Source: Xanthobacteraceae bacterium (GTDB taxonomy: Bacteria > Pseudomonadota > Alphaproteobacteria > Rhizobiales > Xanthobacteraceae). From it: a stretch of 64,000 nucleotides of DNA. Within the stretch, counting starts at the first letter, position 1, and the number at the start of each line of letters is the position of its first letter. The stretch covers positions 1,323-65,322 of the forward strand of contig JAFAXD010000634.1 of the NCBI GenBank assembly GCA_019241285.1, in the 5' to 3' direction. The notes beneath the pieces were generated by a model. That model did no database searches. It was not told the origin of the DNA and saw only the letters and a program-made list of their open reading frames with translations. A program made the translations under genes and the position numbers. Below, piece by piece: positions 43,712-53,702 of this stretch.

Positions 43712-44425
43712 TTACTGTCCAGCTTCGGTAGCCACAAGTTTCCAGTTGGGGTCACGCGAACTCACGTCTCGAGCGAACGTCCATACGTCAGTGACGTCCG
43801 TGACCCGATCGGCATTGCCATCGATCGCCGCGCCGCTTTTATCGCGCGTAACTGAGACGAGCTGCGACACAAAGCGGACCGTCAATTGTGCCGTCTTACC
43901 GCGCACCTCGGCCCCGATAATATCGGTCGCATCAATAGAAACAAATCTGGTCTCCACCGTTTCGCCACGCGCTTCGCGCTCCTTGATGACGGACTCGAAG
44001 CCATCGAAGACGTCGCGAGCCAGCAGGTTCTTCAGGGTACGGCGATCTCCCTCGGCGTAGGCCGTGACAATCATCTCATAAGCCGCCCGGGCGCCACCGA
44101 GGAAGTGTTTCGGATCAAAGGTTTTGTCATCTGCCGTAATGGCATCCAGACCCTTGGCTACCGGCGAATCGGGCGCCGCAATCCCCTTCCAGCGGTCCCC
44201 TGATTTCGCCTCTTCTACCGGCCGTGCTGTGGTTTCGGGAGTGCGGTTCGGAAGCGCCACGACTTTGTCATTCCCAGGCGGGCGTGTGCGTTCACGCGCT
44301 GCGTAGGGGTCATAAGGCGGTCTTTCGCGCCCGGTGCGTTGGCCCAAGACGCTGCGAAGCCGCAGGAAGATGAATACTGCGAGCGCAAGGAAAATAATGG
44401 TGTAAACATCAAACACGTCTGACAT
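43712..44425 (-). CDS. Tim44-like domain protein
   Basis: N-terminal TM helix, a basic linker, and a C-terminal Tim44-like domain ending ...DVWTFARDVSSRDPNWKLVAT. Confidence 0.8.
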   Translation of the reverse strand: MSDVFDVYTIIFLALAVFIFLRLRSVLGQRTGRERPPYDPYAARERTRPPGNDKVVALPNRTPETTARPVEEAKSGDRWKGIAAPDSPVAKGLDAITADDKTFDPKHFLGGARAAYEMIVTAYAEGDRRTLKNLLARDVFDGFESVIKEREARGETVETRFVSIDATDIIGAEVRGKTAQLTVRFVSQLVSVTRDKSGAAIDGNADRVTDVTDVWTFARDVSSRDPNWKLVATEAGQ

Positions 44426-44757
44426 GCTCGCGGTTCGAGCCGAGGTGGCCGCTTACAATCCGCGCCACGACGGTTGCGCCACCCCATGTAAGCACGGGAT
44501 CATGCCAATCCAGTGGCACCCGCGGTCCCACGATGGATAATCGGCTCCCTTGGTAGCGCGCAATGTAGACCATCACGAACCGCAGGCCAACAGCGCGCTG
44601 TCGATCGACTCCCAGAAACCGATCTGGCTTCCCCCGGGATCAACTCCATGGGCGAGCAAGCGTTCAACTTGGCCAAAAAAGCCTTCGCCCGCTACCTACG
44701 CGCTTGTCGCCGCCTGAACCCTATGTTAGCCACTGCGCCCCAGGATCAGGAGATTTC

Positions 44758-45276
44758 ATGAGCACGAATGGCGGCGAGCAGCGCGGGCAAGCACCGAGCC
44801 CCGCAACGGCTCCGGGGGGCGCTGTGGGTGCACCGCAACTCAACGTATTGGCGCAGTACACCAAGGATCTTTCTTTTGAAAATCCGAACGCCCCCAAATC
44901 ACTGGGGCAGCCGGGGCAGCAACCAGCAATCAATATTCAGATCAATGTAAATCCTAACCAGCTTTCGACCACCGATTTCGAAATCGAGCTCAAGCTAGAG
45001 GGCAAGGCGGAGGTCAGCGGCACGGTCCTGTTCAATTTTGAACTCGTCTACGCTGGTGTGTTTCGCCTGCAGAACATCCCGCAAGACCAGATTGGGCCGA
45101 TTGTGATGATCGAATGCCCGCGTCTCCTGTTCCCGTTCGCTCGCTCGATTGTGGCCGACGCGGTCGTGCATGGGGGATTTCCGCCCTTGATGCTGGATCC
45201 GGTAGATTTCGTCGGACTCTATCGACAGAAGATCGGTCAATCCCAAGCAGCGCCAGCTGGTTCGGCGTCAGCTTGA
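44758..45276 (+). CDS. secB: protein-export chaperone SecB
   Basis: [19 protein letters not shown]... and [11 protein letters not shown] motifs. AGGAG lies 7 nt upstream of ATG 44758. Confidence 0.93.
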   Translation: MSTNGGEQRGQAPSPATAPGGAVGAPQLNVLAQYTKDLSFENPNAPKSLGQPGQQPAINIQINVNPNQLSTTDFEIELKLEGKAEVSGTVLFNFELVYAGVFRLQNIPQDQIGPIVMIECPRLLFPFARSIVADAVVHGGFPPLMLDPVDFVGLYRQKIGQSQAAPAGSASA

Positions 45277-45996
45277 TCCAGGGGCTTTGCTCGCCTGGGG
45301 CTGCGTGTCCAAATCCAGATAATCGCGCCAGATCGCATTAGCGCCGAGGGTCGCAACGAAGGCGCGATGCGCTGCCCGCTCGATCGCGGAAATAGCCCGC
45401 GTCAGCGCAGTTGGTCGCGGCCGAACGCTGACCGCAACCGGTCCAGCGATGGCCGTTGTTGCGACCGCCAGGCCAAGCTGGGCTTGGCGCGCTTCAACCA
45501 ATTCCAGGTAGACTTCGGCAAGCAATTCGGCGTCAAGCAATGCCCCATGTTTGGTGCGGCGTGAATTGTCTATGCCATAACGGGTGCATAGATCATCGAG
45601 CCGATTGGAGCTACCGGGAAACTTGCGGCGCGCGAGAAGCAGGGTGTCGACCAAGCGGTCGCGCGACAGGGCTTTTCGGCCGGCGCGTTCAAGTTCAGCG
45701 TTCAGAAACCCGATATCGAACGCGGCGTTGTGAATGACCAACCGCGCGTCACCGACAAACCCAAGAAACTCCTCCGCAATCTCGGCAAAGGGCGGTTTGT
45801 CCTTGAGAAAGTCCTCTGACAACCCGTGTACTGAAAATGCCTCGGCCGGCATATCCCGCTCGGGATTCAGGTAGCGGTGAAAAACCTGCCCTGACGGGAT
45901 CCTGTTGATCAGCTCAATGCAACCGACTTCGACGAGACGGTGTCCCTGATAAGGGTCCAAGCCGGTCGTTTCCGTGTCGACGACGATTTCACGCAT
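45268..45996 (-). CDS. dnaQ: DNA polymerase III subunit epsilon
   Basis: Exo [11 protein letters not shown], Exo [14 protein letters not shown] and Exo [13 protein letters not shown]. Start at ATG 45996. Confidence 0.93.
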   Translation of the reverse strand: MREIVVDTETTGLDPYQGHRLVEVGCIELINRIPSGQVFHRYLNPERDMPAEAFSVHGLSEDFLKDKPPFAEIAEEFLGFVGDARLVIHNAAFDIGFLNAELERAGRKALSRDRLVDTLLLARRKFPGSSNRLDDLCTRYGIDNSRRTKHGALLDAELLAEVYLELVEARQAQLGLAVATTAIAGPVAVSVRPRPTALTRAISAIERAAHRAFVATLGANAIWRDYLDLDTQPQASKAPGSS

Positions 45997-46603
45997 GTCT
46001 GGATCGGGCCGCTTCCGTGCGAATCGCTGGAACAGCTTCCAGAATCGCACGAACCTGGGCTCGGGCGGAATCGAAACCGTGCGATGTATCCACGATAAAA
46101 TCGGCACGGCGTCGTTTCTCTGCGTCGGGCACCTGCCGTTGCAGCAGTGCTTCCAGTTTCGCCGCTGTCATCGCGGGCCGGTCCATAACACGCGCCCGTT
46201 GGACCTCGACCGGGGCGGTCACGACAACCACCGCATCCACGTTCGCGTCGGCGCCTGTTTCAAACAGGAGAGGGATGTCGAGAACTACCACAAGGGCGCC
46301 GGCGCGTTCTGCCTCCGCAAGAAAGCGGCTTTGCGCCTGCTTTACCAGCGGATGCACAATAGTCTCGAGTTTCCGCAATGCCGAGGGATTATCAAGAACG
46401 CGGCGGGAAAGCTCAGCCCGATCGACATGGCCTCCGATATTCGTACCAGGGAACGCCTGATCGATTTGTGCGACAGCTTCTCGTTCGTAGAGCGCGTGTA
46501 CAACTGCATCCGAATCGAGCACCGGCACGCCCATATCCGCAAAGAAGCGGGCGGTCGTCGTCTTACCCATTCCAATTGAGCCCGTGAGCCCCAGCACGAT
46601 CAT
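45989..46603 (-). CDS. coaE: dephospho-CoA kinase
   Basis: P-loop GLTGSIGMGKTT. Start at ATG 46603. It overlaps the dnaQ start by 8 nt. Confidence 0.92.
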   Translation of the reverse strand: MIVLGLTGSIGMGKTTTARFFADMGVPVLDSDAVVHALYEREAVAQIDQAFPGTNIGGHVDRAELSRRVLDNPSALRKLETIVHPLVKQAQSRFLAEAERAGALVVVLDIPLLFETGADANVDAVVVVTAPVEVQRARVMDRPAMTAAKLEALLQRQVPDAEKRRRADFIVDTSHGFDSARAQVRAILEAVPAIRTEAARSRHA

Positions 46604-46607
46604 GCTG

Positions 46608-47216
46608 CTATCCTGCCAGGAGTCGGCAGCGGCGCAAAAAGGCGAGAAGGGGCAGGAGCGGAAGCCCGAGAATGGTGAAATGATCTCCCTCGATGCGCTC
46701 GAACAAATGGATCCCCAATCCCTCCAATTGATAGGAACCAACGCTGGCCAGGGCTTGCGATCCGGTCGTATCGAGATAGGTCTCGATGAACTGATCGGAC
46801 ATGGTCCGCATCGTGAGACGCGCGGATTGCACGCATGCGAACAGCACGTCCTCGCCAGACGCTACAACAACGGCCGAATGCAGTTCGTGGGAATGACCCG
46901 CGAGTGCACGCAATTGCTCCCGCGCGCTTGCCCGATCGTCAGGTTTATTGAACCGTCGGGTCTCTAACGCTAGCGTCTGGTCTGCACCTAGAACAATGCG
47001 TCCCGGCCACCCCGCGGCCGACGCGCGGGCCTTCGTTTCAGCCAGCAAATTTGCGACCTGCGACGGACCGAGATCGCCGGCGCTTGCCTCGATGGCCCTT
47101 TCGTTGATATCCACGGCCCGGACCTCGAACGGTATCCCGGCTGCTTCGAGCAATGACTTCCGTGCGCTACTGCGCGACGCGAGTACAAGCGGTTGTGCGG
47201 CTAACCAAAGTGACAT
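46608..47216 (-). CDS. maf: Maf family nucleoside triphosphate pyrophosphatase
   Basis: LVLASRSSARKSLL..., GSYQLEGLG. Confidence 0.9.
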   Translation of the reverse strand: MSLWLAAQPLVLASRSSARKSLLEAAGIPFEVRAVDINERAIEASAGDLGPSQVANLLAETKARASAAGWPGRIVLGADQTLALETRRFNKPDDRASAREQLRALAGHSHELHSAVVVASGEDVLFACVQSARLTMRTMSDQFIETYLDTTGSQALASVGSYQLEGLGIHLFERIEGDHFTILGLPLLPLLAFLRRCRLLAG

Positions 47217-47235
47217 TGAAGCAAGCCCGCAACAC

Positions 47236-48078
47236 TCAGGGCGCAGAGCCCTGCCGCCGCCGATCGCTCAAAAACGCCAAAACGGCAGCTGCGGTTTCCT
47301 CAATGGAACGGCGCGTCACATCGATCAATGGCCAATCGTTGCGAGCGCATAAGCGACGCGAGAACGCCACTTCCTCCGCTACGGCTTGCCGGTCAACGTA
47401 TTGATCGTCATCGCGCTGCACATTAAGCCCGAGCAGTCGATTTTGCCGGATCTGCACGATCCGCTCAGGGCTGGCGAAGAGACCGACGACCAATGGGGAC
47501 TTCAGTTCCTCGAGCCCCGGTGGAAGCGCCGCGCCCGGCACCAATGGCACATTGGCTGTTTTTATGCCGCGGTTGGCAAGATAGATGGAGGTGGGCGTCT
47601 TGGACGTTCGCGATACGCCAACCAGAACCACGTCTGCACTCTCCAAGTCATCGGTATGTTGGCCATCATCGTGCAGCATGGTGTAATTCAGCGCATCGAT
47701 GCGTTTGAAATACTCTGCGTTGAGAATGTGCTGTGCCCCAACCTTGTGCGTCGATTCGGTGCCAAGGTAGGACTGAAAGACTCGCAGAACCGGGCCTAAA
47801 ATCGATCGACAAGGTAACCCAAGCTCGGTGCACTTCGCCTCGAGCCGTTCGACCAGTGCCTCATCGAGCAGCGTATACAGCGTAATTCCAGGTTCGGCCT
47901 CTATCGACGCCAACACTCGATCAAGCTGCTTATGTGTTCGCACGGCCGGGTACACGTGTTCGACCGGGACAACGGACGCATACTGGGCTGCTGCGGCCCG
48001 CGCGACAGTTATCAACGTTTCACCCGTCGAGTCTGAAACCAAGTGCAGATGAAAAAAACTTACGTTTCGTTGGGCCAT
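47236..48078 (-). CDS. pyruvate, phosphate dikinase / PEP synthase regulatory protein (DUF299, PDRP)
   Basis: [15 protein letters not shown]... and [20 protein letters not shown]-loop-like motif. Confidence 0.88.
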   Translation of the reverse strand: MAQRNVSFFHLHLVSDSTGETLITVARAAAAQYASVVPVEHVYPAVRTHKQLDRVLASIEAEPGITLYTLLDEALVERLEAKCTELGLPCRSILGPVLRVFQSYLGTESTHKVGAQHILNAEYFKRIDALNYTMLHDDGQHTDDLESADVVLVGVSRTSKTPTSIYLANRGIKTANVPLVPGAALPPGLEELKSPLVVGLFASPERIVQIRQNRLLGLNVQRDDDQYVDRQAVAEEVAFSRRLCARNDWPLIDVTRRSIEETAAAVLAFLSDRRRQGSAP

Positions 48079-48103
48079 TCAGTGGTGAACTCGTGTTGCG
48101 ATC

Positions 48104-48112
48104 TGTGGAGAA
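48104..48112 (-). promoter_or_regulatory. DnaA box-like 9-mer
   Basis: The plus strand reads TGTGGAGAA, an 8/9 match to TGTGGATAA. Confidence 0.35.
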
Positions 48113-48162
48113 ACCGGCCCGCGCGCCGCGACCGGACCTCCCTCCGTGGAAATCCGAGTCTT

Positions 48163-48171
48163 TTACCCACA
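48163..48171 (+). promoter_or_regulatory. DnaA box-like 9-mer
   Basis: TTACCCACA is an 8/9 match to TTATCCACA. Confidence 0.35.
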
Positions 48172-48331
48172 TGCATCAGTTCCGGGACAACATCCTGACC
48201 CAAGGAATACCAGGTGGGAAAGACAACGGAGAGCGTCGTTCAGGCACCCAGGACTAATCGGCAAGTAGCTATCGGACAAGCACTTTTGCCAAGATGGGCG
48301 GAGGTGCAGCGCCGGGCTTTCAACCAAGCCC

Positions 48332-48367
48332 CTCTGTGCACAGAGTGTGAATTGCACGTGCACTCTG
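48332..48367. repeat. palindrome / inverted-repeat cluster inside the putative origin
   Basis: Perfect 14-bp palindrome CTCTGTGCACAGAG (48332-48345). It overlaps CAGAGTG (48341-48347), which is inverted against CACTCTG (48361-48367). GTGCAC occurs twice. Confidence 0.6.
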
Positions 48368-48450
48368 ACTTATCGTCTAAATCCAGTGTCTAAAAGCTAT
48401 AACAGACTTAGATTCTAGTTTTTTAGAGAGATAGAGCTGGAGACTGATGC

Positions 48451-49476
48451 GTGACCTTGAAGCCTCTCATTGACGTTCTCGCGGGTCACAGAGTTTCACC
48501 GCCTCCCGTATGGATGATGCGCCAAGCAGGACGCTATCTTGCAGAGTATCGAAAGGTGCGAGAGGAAGCCGGTAGCTTTCTGAACCTCTGTCTCAATCCG
48601 AAGCTTGCAGCTGAGGTCACGCTGCAGCCAGTCCGCCGTTTCGGGTTCGATGCAGCAATTCTATTCGCAGACATTTTGCTCATCCCCTACGCCCTGGGGC
48701 AAACGCTGACCTTTGTGGAGGGCGAGGGACCACGACTGACGCCAAGAATCGGTCCTGAAAACCTCGAGACACTGCGGGACAGCGCCGAGATTGGCCGTTT
48801 AACGCCTATTTTCGAAACGATCAGACTAGTCCGTGGGCAGATCGGGCCGGCGGTCGCTCTATTGGGTTTTTGCGGGGCGCCTTGGACGGTCGCAACATAC
48901 ATGGCCGGCGGAGGAGGCAGCCCAGACCAAGCGGCAGCTCGGCTTTTTGCGTATAGAGATCCTCGGGGGTTCGCACGTCTCATCGACGTTGTGGTGCAAG
49001 CGTCAGTGGACTACGTGGTTGGGCAGTTTCGAGCTGGTGCTGACGCCGTTCAGATCTTCGATACCTGGAGCGGCGTGCTCAGCCCGGAGCAGTTTGAACA
49101 GTGGTGTATCGCACCAACGGCCCAGATCATCGCCCAGGTCCGCAACCAAGTCCCGGAAGCGAAAATCATCGGCTTTCCACGTGGAGCAGGAACGTCGCTC
49201 CGCCGATACGTGGAGCAGGTAGCAATCAACGCGCTCAGCCTCGATTGGACGGTTGACCGAGCCTATGCACGCGACATTCAGTCGCACATTCCAATTCAGG
49301 GCAATCTCGATCCACACGCCCTCTTGGCCGGCGGTCCAGCCCTGGATCGGGCTGTCGATGCCGTTCTTGAGGCCTTCGCAGGTGGTCCATTCATCTTCAA
49401 CCTGGGCCATGGAATTTTGCCCGAGACACCCACTTCTCACGTCGAGCAGATGCTCGCACGGGTGCGGGGTGGTTGA
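48451..49476 (+). CDS. hemE: uroporphyrinogen decarboxylase
   Basis: [13 protein letters not shown] motif and GTG start. Confidence 0.95.
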   Translation: MTLKPLIDVLAGHRVSPPPVWMMRQAGRYLAEYRKVREEAGSFLNLCLNPKLAAEVTLQPVRRFGFDAAILFADILLIPYALGQTLTFVEGEGPRLTPRIGPENLETLRDSAEIGRLTPIFETIRLVRGQIGPAVALLGFCGAPWTVATYMAGGGGSPDQAAARLFAYRDPRGFARLIDVVVQASVDYVVGQFRAGADAVQIFDTWSGVLSPEQFEQWCIAPTAQIIAQVRNQVPEAKIIGFPRGAGTSLRRYVEQVAINALSLDWTVDRAYARDIQSHIPIQGNLDPHALLAGGPALDRAVDAVLEAFAGGPFIFNLGHGILPETPTSHVEQMLARVRGG

Positions 49477-49899
49477 ATGTACGATTGGCTAAAAGCCCTT
49501 CACATCATTGCGGTAATTGCCTGGATGGCGGGCATGCTCTACCTGCCGCGGCTGTTTGTTTATCACTGCGTCGCAGAACCGGGCAGCGTGCAGTCTGAGA
49601 CCTTCAAGGTCATGGAACGCCGGCTGCTCAAGACGATCATAAACCCCGCTATGATCGCGACTTGGTTGCTTGGCATCTGGCTCGCCTGGAATGGCGGGTG
49701 GTATCGCGCCGGGTGGCTGCAGACGAAGGTTGTATTGGTCCTCCTAATGTCCGCACTGCATGGCGTGCTGGGGCGGTGGGTGCGCGATTTCAGTCAGGAC
49801 CGTAATCAGCATACGCAGAGATTCTACCGCATTATCAATGAAGTACCGACCCTGCTGTTGATCGCGATTGTCATTTTGGCCGTCGTTAAACCGTTCTAA
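49477..49899 (+). CDS. hemJ: protoporphyrinogen oxidase HemJ
   Basis: LKALHIIAVIAWMAGMLYLPRLFVYH is typical of HemJ. The start abuts the hemE stop. Confidence 0.85.
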   Translation: MYDWLKALHIIAVIAWMAGMLYLPRLFVYHCVAEPGSVQSETFKVMERRLLKTIINPAMIATWLLGIWLAWNGGWYRAGWLQTKVVLVLLMSALHGVLGRWVRDFSQDRNQHTQRFYRIINEVPTLLLIAIVILAVVKPF

Positions 49900-49999
49900 A
49901 TCGTCACGGTGGCGCAGCCAGCTGAGGGCTGCCGGCCAGCATTCTTAATGATGAGCTTAAGCGAGAGCCGATTCATCAACTGGAATTGTGCTAGATACC

Positions 50000-50027
50000 C
50001 TTGCACGGTGCGAAGTGTTTCCATATC
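50000..50027 (+). promoter_or_regulatory. candidate promoter for rho
   Basis: CTTGCAC-N-CCATATC. It can be read as TTGCAC-N17-TATCTT (sigma70-like) or as CTTG-N17-CCATATC. Confidence 0.25.
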
Positions 50028-50127
50028 TTCGCTTCATCTCCCGAACGTAGGCAGATGCATTCGAGTTATGGTCCGTGGAGGACCTGCATCGGGCCAGGCC
50101 TCCCGGCCAGCGTTGATCTCGCCAAGG

Positions 50128-50170
50128 TCTTTCGCCCTGTAACCTACGCCTCCCTCCTTCGCCAGCCTCG
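50128..50170 (+). promoter_or_regulatory. C-rich/G-poor tract in the rho leader (possible rut-like autoregulatory site)
   Basis: By hand count this 43-nt stretch has 21 C and 6 G. It lies 46 nt upstream of the rho ATG. Confidence 0.3.
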
Positions 50171-50215
50171 ATGGACTCGTGCGCTTGGCAACATTTCAAA
50201 CCAGGAACGACCCGC

Positions 50216-51481
50216 ATGCGGGAAATGAAACTCCAGGACCTTAAGTCCAAATCCCCAACCGAACTTCTTGCCTTTGCCGAAGAGCACGACGTCGAGAACG
50301 CTTCGACGATGCGCAAACAGGAATTGATGTTTGCGATCCTGAAGCAGCTTGCGCAGGAAGAGATCGAAATCATCGGCGAAGGCGTCGTGGAGGTGCTGCA
50401 GGACGGCTTTGGCTTTCTGCGCTCACCCGAAGCGAATTATCTGCCTGGCGCTGATGACATTTATGTCTCGCCATCGCAGATCCGTCGCTTTGGTCTTCGC
50501 ACCGGTGATACCCTTGAGGGCCAAATCCGCAGCCCGAAAGAAGGCGAGCGCTATTTCGCGCTGCTGAAAGTCAATAGTATCAACTTCGAAGACCCCGAGA
50601 AGGCGCGACACAAGATCAACTTTGACAATCTCACGCCGCTCTATCCGGACGAACGGTTGCGGATGGAATACGACGATCCGACCAAGAAGGATTTGTCGGC
50701 CCGTGTAATCGACATTGTGGCGCCGGTCGGGAAAGGCCAACGCGCGCTGATCGTGTCACCGCCGCGCACCGGAAAAACGGTGCTGTTGCAGAACATCGCC
50801 CATTCGATCACCCGCAATCACCCCGAGTGCTATCTCATCGTGCTGCTGATCGATGAGCGCCCGGAGGAAGTGACCGATATGCAACGGTCGGTTAAGGGCG
50901 AGGTCATTTCGTCGACGTTCGACGAGCCCGCGGCGCGGCATGTGCAAGTCGCCGAGATGGTCATCGAGAAGGCCAAGCGCCTGGTGGAGCATGGCCGAGA
51001 CGTTGTCATCCTGCTGGATTCGATCACGCGTCTTGGCCGCGCCTACAACACAGTCGTTCCGTCATCCGGCAAGGTGCTCACGGGCGGTGTGGATGCCAAT
51101 GCCTTGCAGCGTCCAAAGCGTTTCTTCGGCGCGGCGCGGAACATCGAGGAAGGTGGTTCGCTGACGATCATAGCGACGGCCCTGATTGATACGGGCAGCC
51201 GAATGGACGAAGTCATCTTCGAGGAGTTCAAAGGTACAGGCAATTCGGAAATCATTCTCGATCGCAAGGTGGCGGACAAGAGAACCTTCCCGGCGATGGA
51301 CATCACGCGCTCGGGGACGCGAAAAGAAGAGCTGCTCACGCCTCCGGACGTGCTGAAGAAGATGTACGTGTTGCGGCGTATTCTCAATCCAATGGGAACG
51401 ATGGACGCAATCGACTTCTTGCTCGACAAGTTGCGCAACACCAAGAGCAACAATGAGTTCTTTGACTCGATGAATACGTGA
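50216..51481 (+). CDS. rho: transcription termination factor Rho
   Basis: [18 protein letters not shown]..., Walker A PPRTGKT, and AGGA 9 nt upstream of ATG 50216. Confidence 0.97.
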   Translation: MREMKLQDLKSKSPTELLAFAEEHDVENASTMRKQELMFAILKQLAQEEIEIIGEGVVEVLQDGFGFLRSPEANYLPGADDIYVSPSQIRRFGLRTGDTLEGQIRSPKEGERYFALLKVNSINFEDPEKARHKINFDNLTPLYPDERLRMEYDDPTKKDLSARVIDIVAPVGKGQRALIVSPPRTGKTVLLQNIAHSITRNHPECYLIVLLIDERPEEVTDMQRSVKGEVISSTFDEPAARHVQVAEMVIEKAKRLVEHGRDVVILLDSITRLGRAYNTVVPSSGKVLTGGVDANALQRPKRFFGAARNIEEGGSLTIIATALIDTGSRMDEVIFEEFKGTGNSEIILDRKVADKRTFPAMDITRSGTRKEELLTPPDVLKKMYVLRRILNPMGTMDAIDFLLDKLRNTKSNNEFFDSMNT

Positions 51482-51586
51482 TGAGGGTGCGATCCAACCG
51501 CGCCGGCCAGCCGTGGGGCCGCGCTGAAAAAGCAGGTACTGTGGATCGGCCGGCCCAGCCCGAACAACCAAATAAATAGCGGATGT

Positions 51587-53623
51587 TCAGTGCCGCATTT
51601 CGCAGACGACCGCCGGAATTCGGTCAGGCTGGTCAATTGGTAACGAACATCGTTCGCCGACGCAGACGACGGTCGCTTCCATGGGAGCAGTCTTGAGCTC
51701 AGCCTGAGCTGGGTGGTGTGCCGATAGTTGGTCGGGTGTTGCAATCCGTACAACAATCCGGTCGAGGTACGGCATGGCGCACGCCGTTTGCGCGAACTCA
51801 GTAGAACGGGACCCGGCAATGACGATCGATGCGGCGCGCAGGCGCAGGTCGAGAGCGTTAAGGACGCTCACGTGACTAAACAGATTTTCAACCGCCAGCG
51901 GCAGCAGCCCGTCGAACAACTGATCGGCGCGGGCACGCCAGCGATCGTCACCGGTTAGCGCTGAAAGACGGATCAGGTTCTGCGCGATGAGTGCGTTGTG
52001 GTTGGGGATTGCTTCATCCAAAGTCGAATGCGGGCGAACGATAAGGTCTTGCGCGTCGTCGGCAGTGAGGAAATAGCGACTGCTCTCTGCGTCCCCGTAG
52101 TGGTTCTCGAGAGCCGATTGCCACCGAATAGCATCCGTCAGGTAAGTTGGCCGGCCGGTCGCTTCATGAAGCGAAAGGGCGGCGCGCACCATGCTGGCAA
52201 AATCTGATGCAAGCCCCGGGTAGACAAGCTGGCCGTCGCGCCAGGCGTGACCAATCCGATCCCCTCGGGTCATAGTTCCAGCGACGAAATCATACGCTTG
52301 CGCGGCGAACTCTATCCATCCCGGCTCGCCTATCAGGGTGCTGGCATTCGCAAGCCCGGCAATCATCAGGCCGTTCCAATCGGCCAGGATCTTATCATCG
52401 AGACCCGGTCGCACGCGGTGGGCACGCGCCTCAAGCAATTTCATTCGCAGCGCAGCAAGGCGATCCTCATCGTCTATGCTGCGCGGTAAGTCATTGAGTT
52501 GATTTAAAATATTGTGATTTTCGAAGTTGCCGGCGAGACTTACGTCGTAATGCGCTGCGAAGAATTCAGCGTCGCGGGGATCCAGAATCTGCTGGAGCTG
52601 ATCCAGAGTCCAGACATAAAATTTTCCCTCTTCGCCCTCTGAGTCAGCATCGAGAGATGCAGCGAACGCTCCTGTTGAGGTGCGCATCTCGCGCGTCAGC
52701 CAGGCAACTGTCTCGCGTGCGCGAGCTTGAAAAAGCGACCTCCCGGAGCGCTCATAGGCCAGTGCGAGGAGCTCTAGGATCTGAGCGTTGTCGTAAAGCA
52801 TCTTCTCGAAGTGCGGAACGAGCCAACGCTCATCAACGGAATAGCGGGAGAAGCCACCTCCGAGATGATCGTAGATGCCGCCGCTCGCCATGCGTTCGAG
52901 CGAGAGCTCTACCAAATCGAAAAATCGCTCGTCATTACGGCGTAGCCCGGCGCGCCAGAGGTTCTCAAGCATCGTAGATTGCGGAAACTTTGGTGCGCCG
53001 CGCAGACCTCCATTTGTCGGGTCGATCATGCGGCCGAGTTGCGCAGCGGCACTGTCGAGATCTGCCGAGGTGAATGTTACAGGCCGCCCTTCGGATCGCG
53101 AGTCGTTGGCCAGACGCGCCAGCAGGGCGTCGCGGTTTTGACTGATCCGCTGGGGCTCCTCGCGAAAGAGCCTCGCAATCTCACGACAGACCGTGGTGAA
53201 CGCGGGGCGCCCATAACGACTTTCCTTTGGAAAATACGTACCTCCCCAAACAGGCTTGCCGTCGGGCATCAAAAACATGGTTAAGGGCCACCCGCCCTGC
53301 TCCCCAAGAAGATGCAGCGCATGCATGTAGATCTGATCGATGTCGGGGCGCTCCTCACGATCGACTTTGATGTTCACGAATAGCTCATTCATCACCGCCG
53401 CGGTGGCCTGATCCTCGAAGCTTTCGTGCGCCATAACGTGGCACCAATGGCAGGCCGCATAACCAACGGACAGGAGGATCGGCTTATTTTGCCGTTTAGC
53501 TTCGGCAAGCGCGTCAGGCCCCCAGGCCCACCAGTCAACCGGATTGTATTGATGCTGAAGAAGATAGGGACTGGTCTCGTGTGCCAATCGGTTTGGGCGT
53601 TGCGGGGAAGCGGAGTTGGCCAT
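51587..53623 (-). CDS. thioredoxin domain-containing protein (YyaL/DUF255, N-acylglucosamine 2-epimerase-like fold)
   Basis: N-terminal [14 protein letters not shown]...[16 protein letters not shown]; 678 aa. Confidence 0.85.
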   Translation of the reverse strand: MANSASPQRPNRLAHETSPYLLQHQYNPVDWWAWGPDALAEAKRQNKPILLSVGYAACHWCHVMAHESFEDQATAAVMNELFVNIKVDREERPDIDQIYMHALHLLGEQGGWPLTMFLMPDGKPVWGGTYFPKESRYGRPAFTTVCREIARLFREEPQRISQNRDALLARLANDSRSEGRPVTFTSADLDSAAAQLGRMIDPTNGGLRGAPKFPQSTMLENLWRAGLRRNDERFFDLVELSLERMASGGIYDHLGGGFSRYSVDERWLVPHFEKMLYDNAQILELLALAYERSGRSLFQARARETVAWLTREMRTSTGAFAASLDADSEGEEGKFYVWTLDQLQQILDPRDAEFFAAHYDVSLAGNFENHNILNQLNDLPRSIDDEDRLAALRMKLLEARAHRVRPGLDDKILADWNGLMIAGLANASTLIGEPGWIEFAAQAYDFVAGTMTRGDRIGHAWRDGQLVYPGLASDFASMVRAALSLHEATGRPTYLTDAIRWQSALENHYGDAESSRYFLTADDAQDLIVRPHSTLDEAIPNHNALIAQNLIRLSALTGDDRWRARADQLFDGLLPLAVENLFSHVSVLNALDLRLRAASIVIAGSRSTEFAQTACAMPYLDRIVVRIATPDQLSAHHPAQAELKTAPMEATVVCVGERCSLPIDQPDRIPAVVCEMRH

Positions 53624-53702
53624 AAAGCCTCAGATCTTTCTGGAATAGAGTTGATCCCATTGCGGCCCCGTCGCAATTCGTTGGGGACCGGTCGAGACCT
53701 AG

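Larger units (their letters stand above)
48079..48450. other. candidate chromosomal replication origin (oriC)
   Basis: 372-bp gap between the divergent DUF299 gene and hemE, which is the conserved alphaproteobacterial Cori context. It has an AT-rich 3' third (48368-48440), two 8/9 DnaA boxes and two GANTC sites. Confidence 0.55.

Noticed and set aside
44513-44761. 82-aa plus-strand ORF upstream of secB
   Set aside because: It has no SD and poor coding character, and it ends inside the secB start region. It is more likely untranslated leader sequence.
49945-49960. TTAA-tgatgagc-TTAA in the hemJ-rho spacer, as a CtrA site or sign of an alternative origin
   Set aside because: The spacer is 8 nt rather than the required 7. 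There are no DnaA boxes or AT-rich unwinding region nearby, and the synteny argument favours the hemE-upstream gap.
51490-51520. GC-rich hairpin (GCGCCGGCC...GGCCGCGC) between the convergent rho and the thioredoxin-domain gene, considered as an intrinsic terminator
   Set aside because: No U-tract follows the stem on either strand (A-rich on plus, GGUUGG on minus), so I did not call it.
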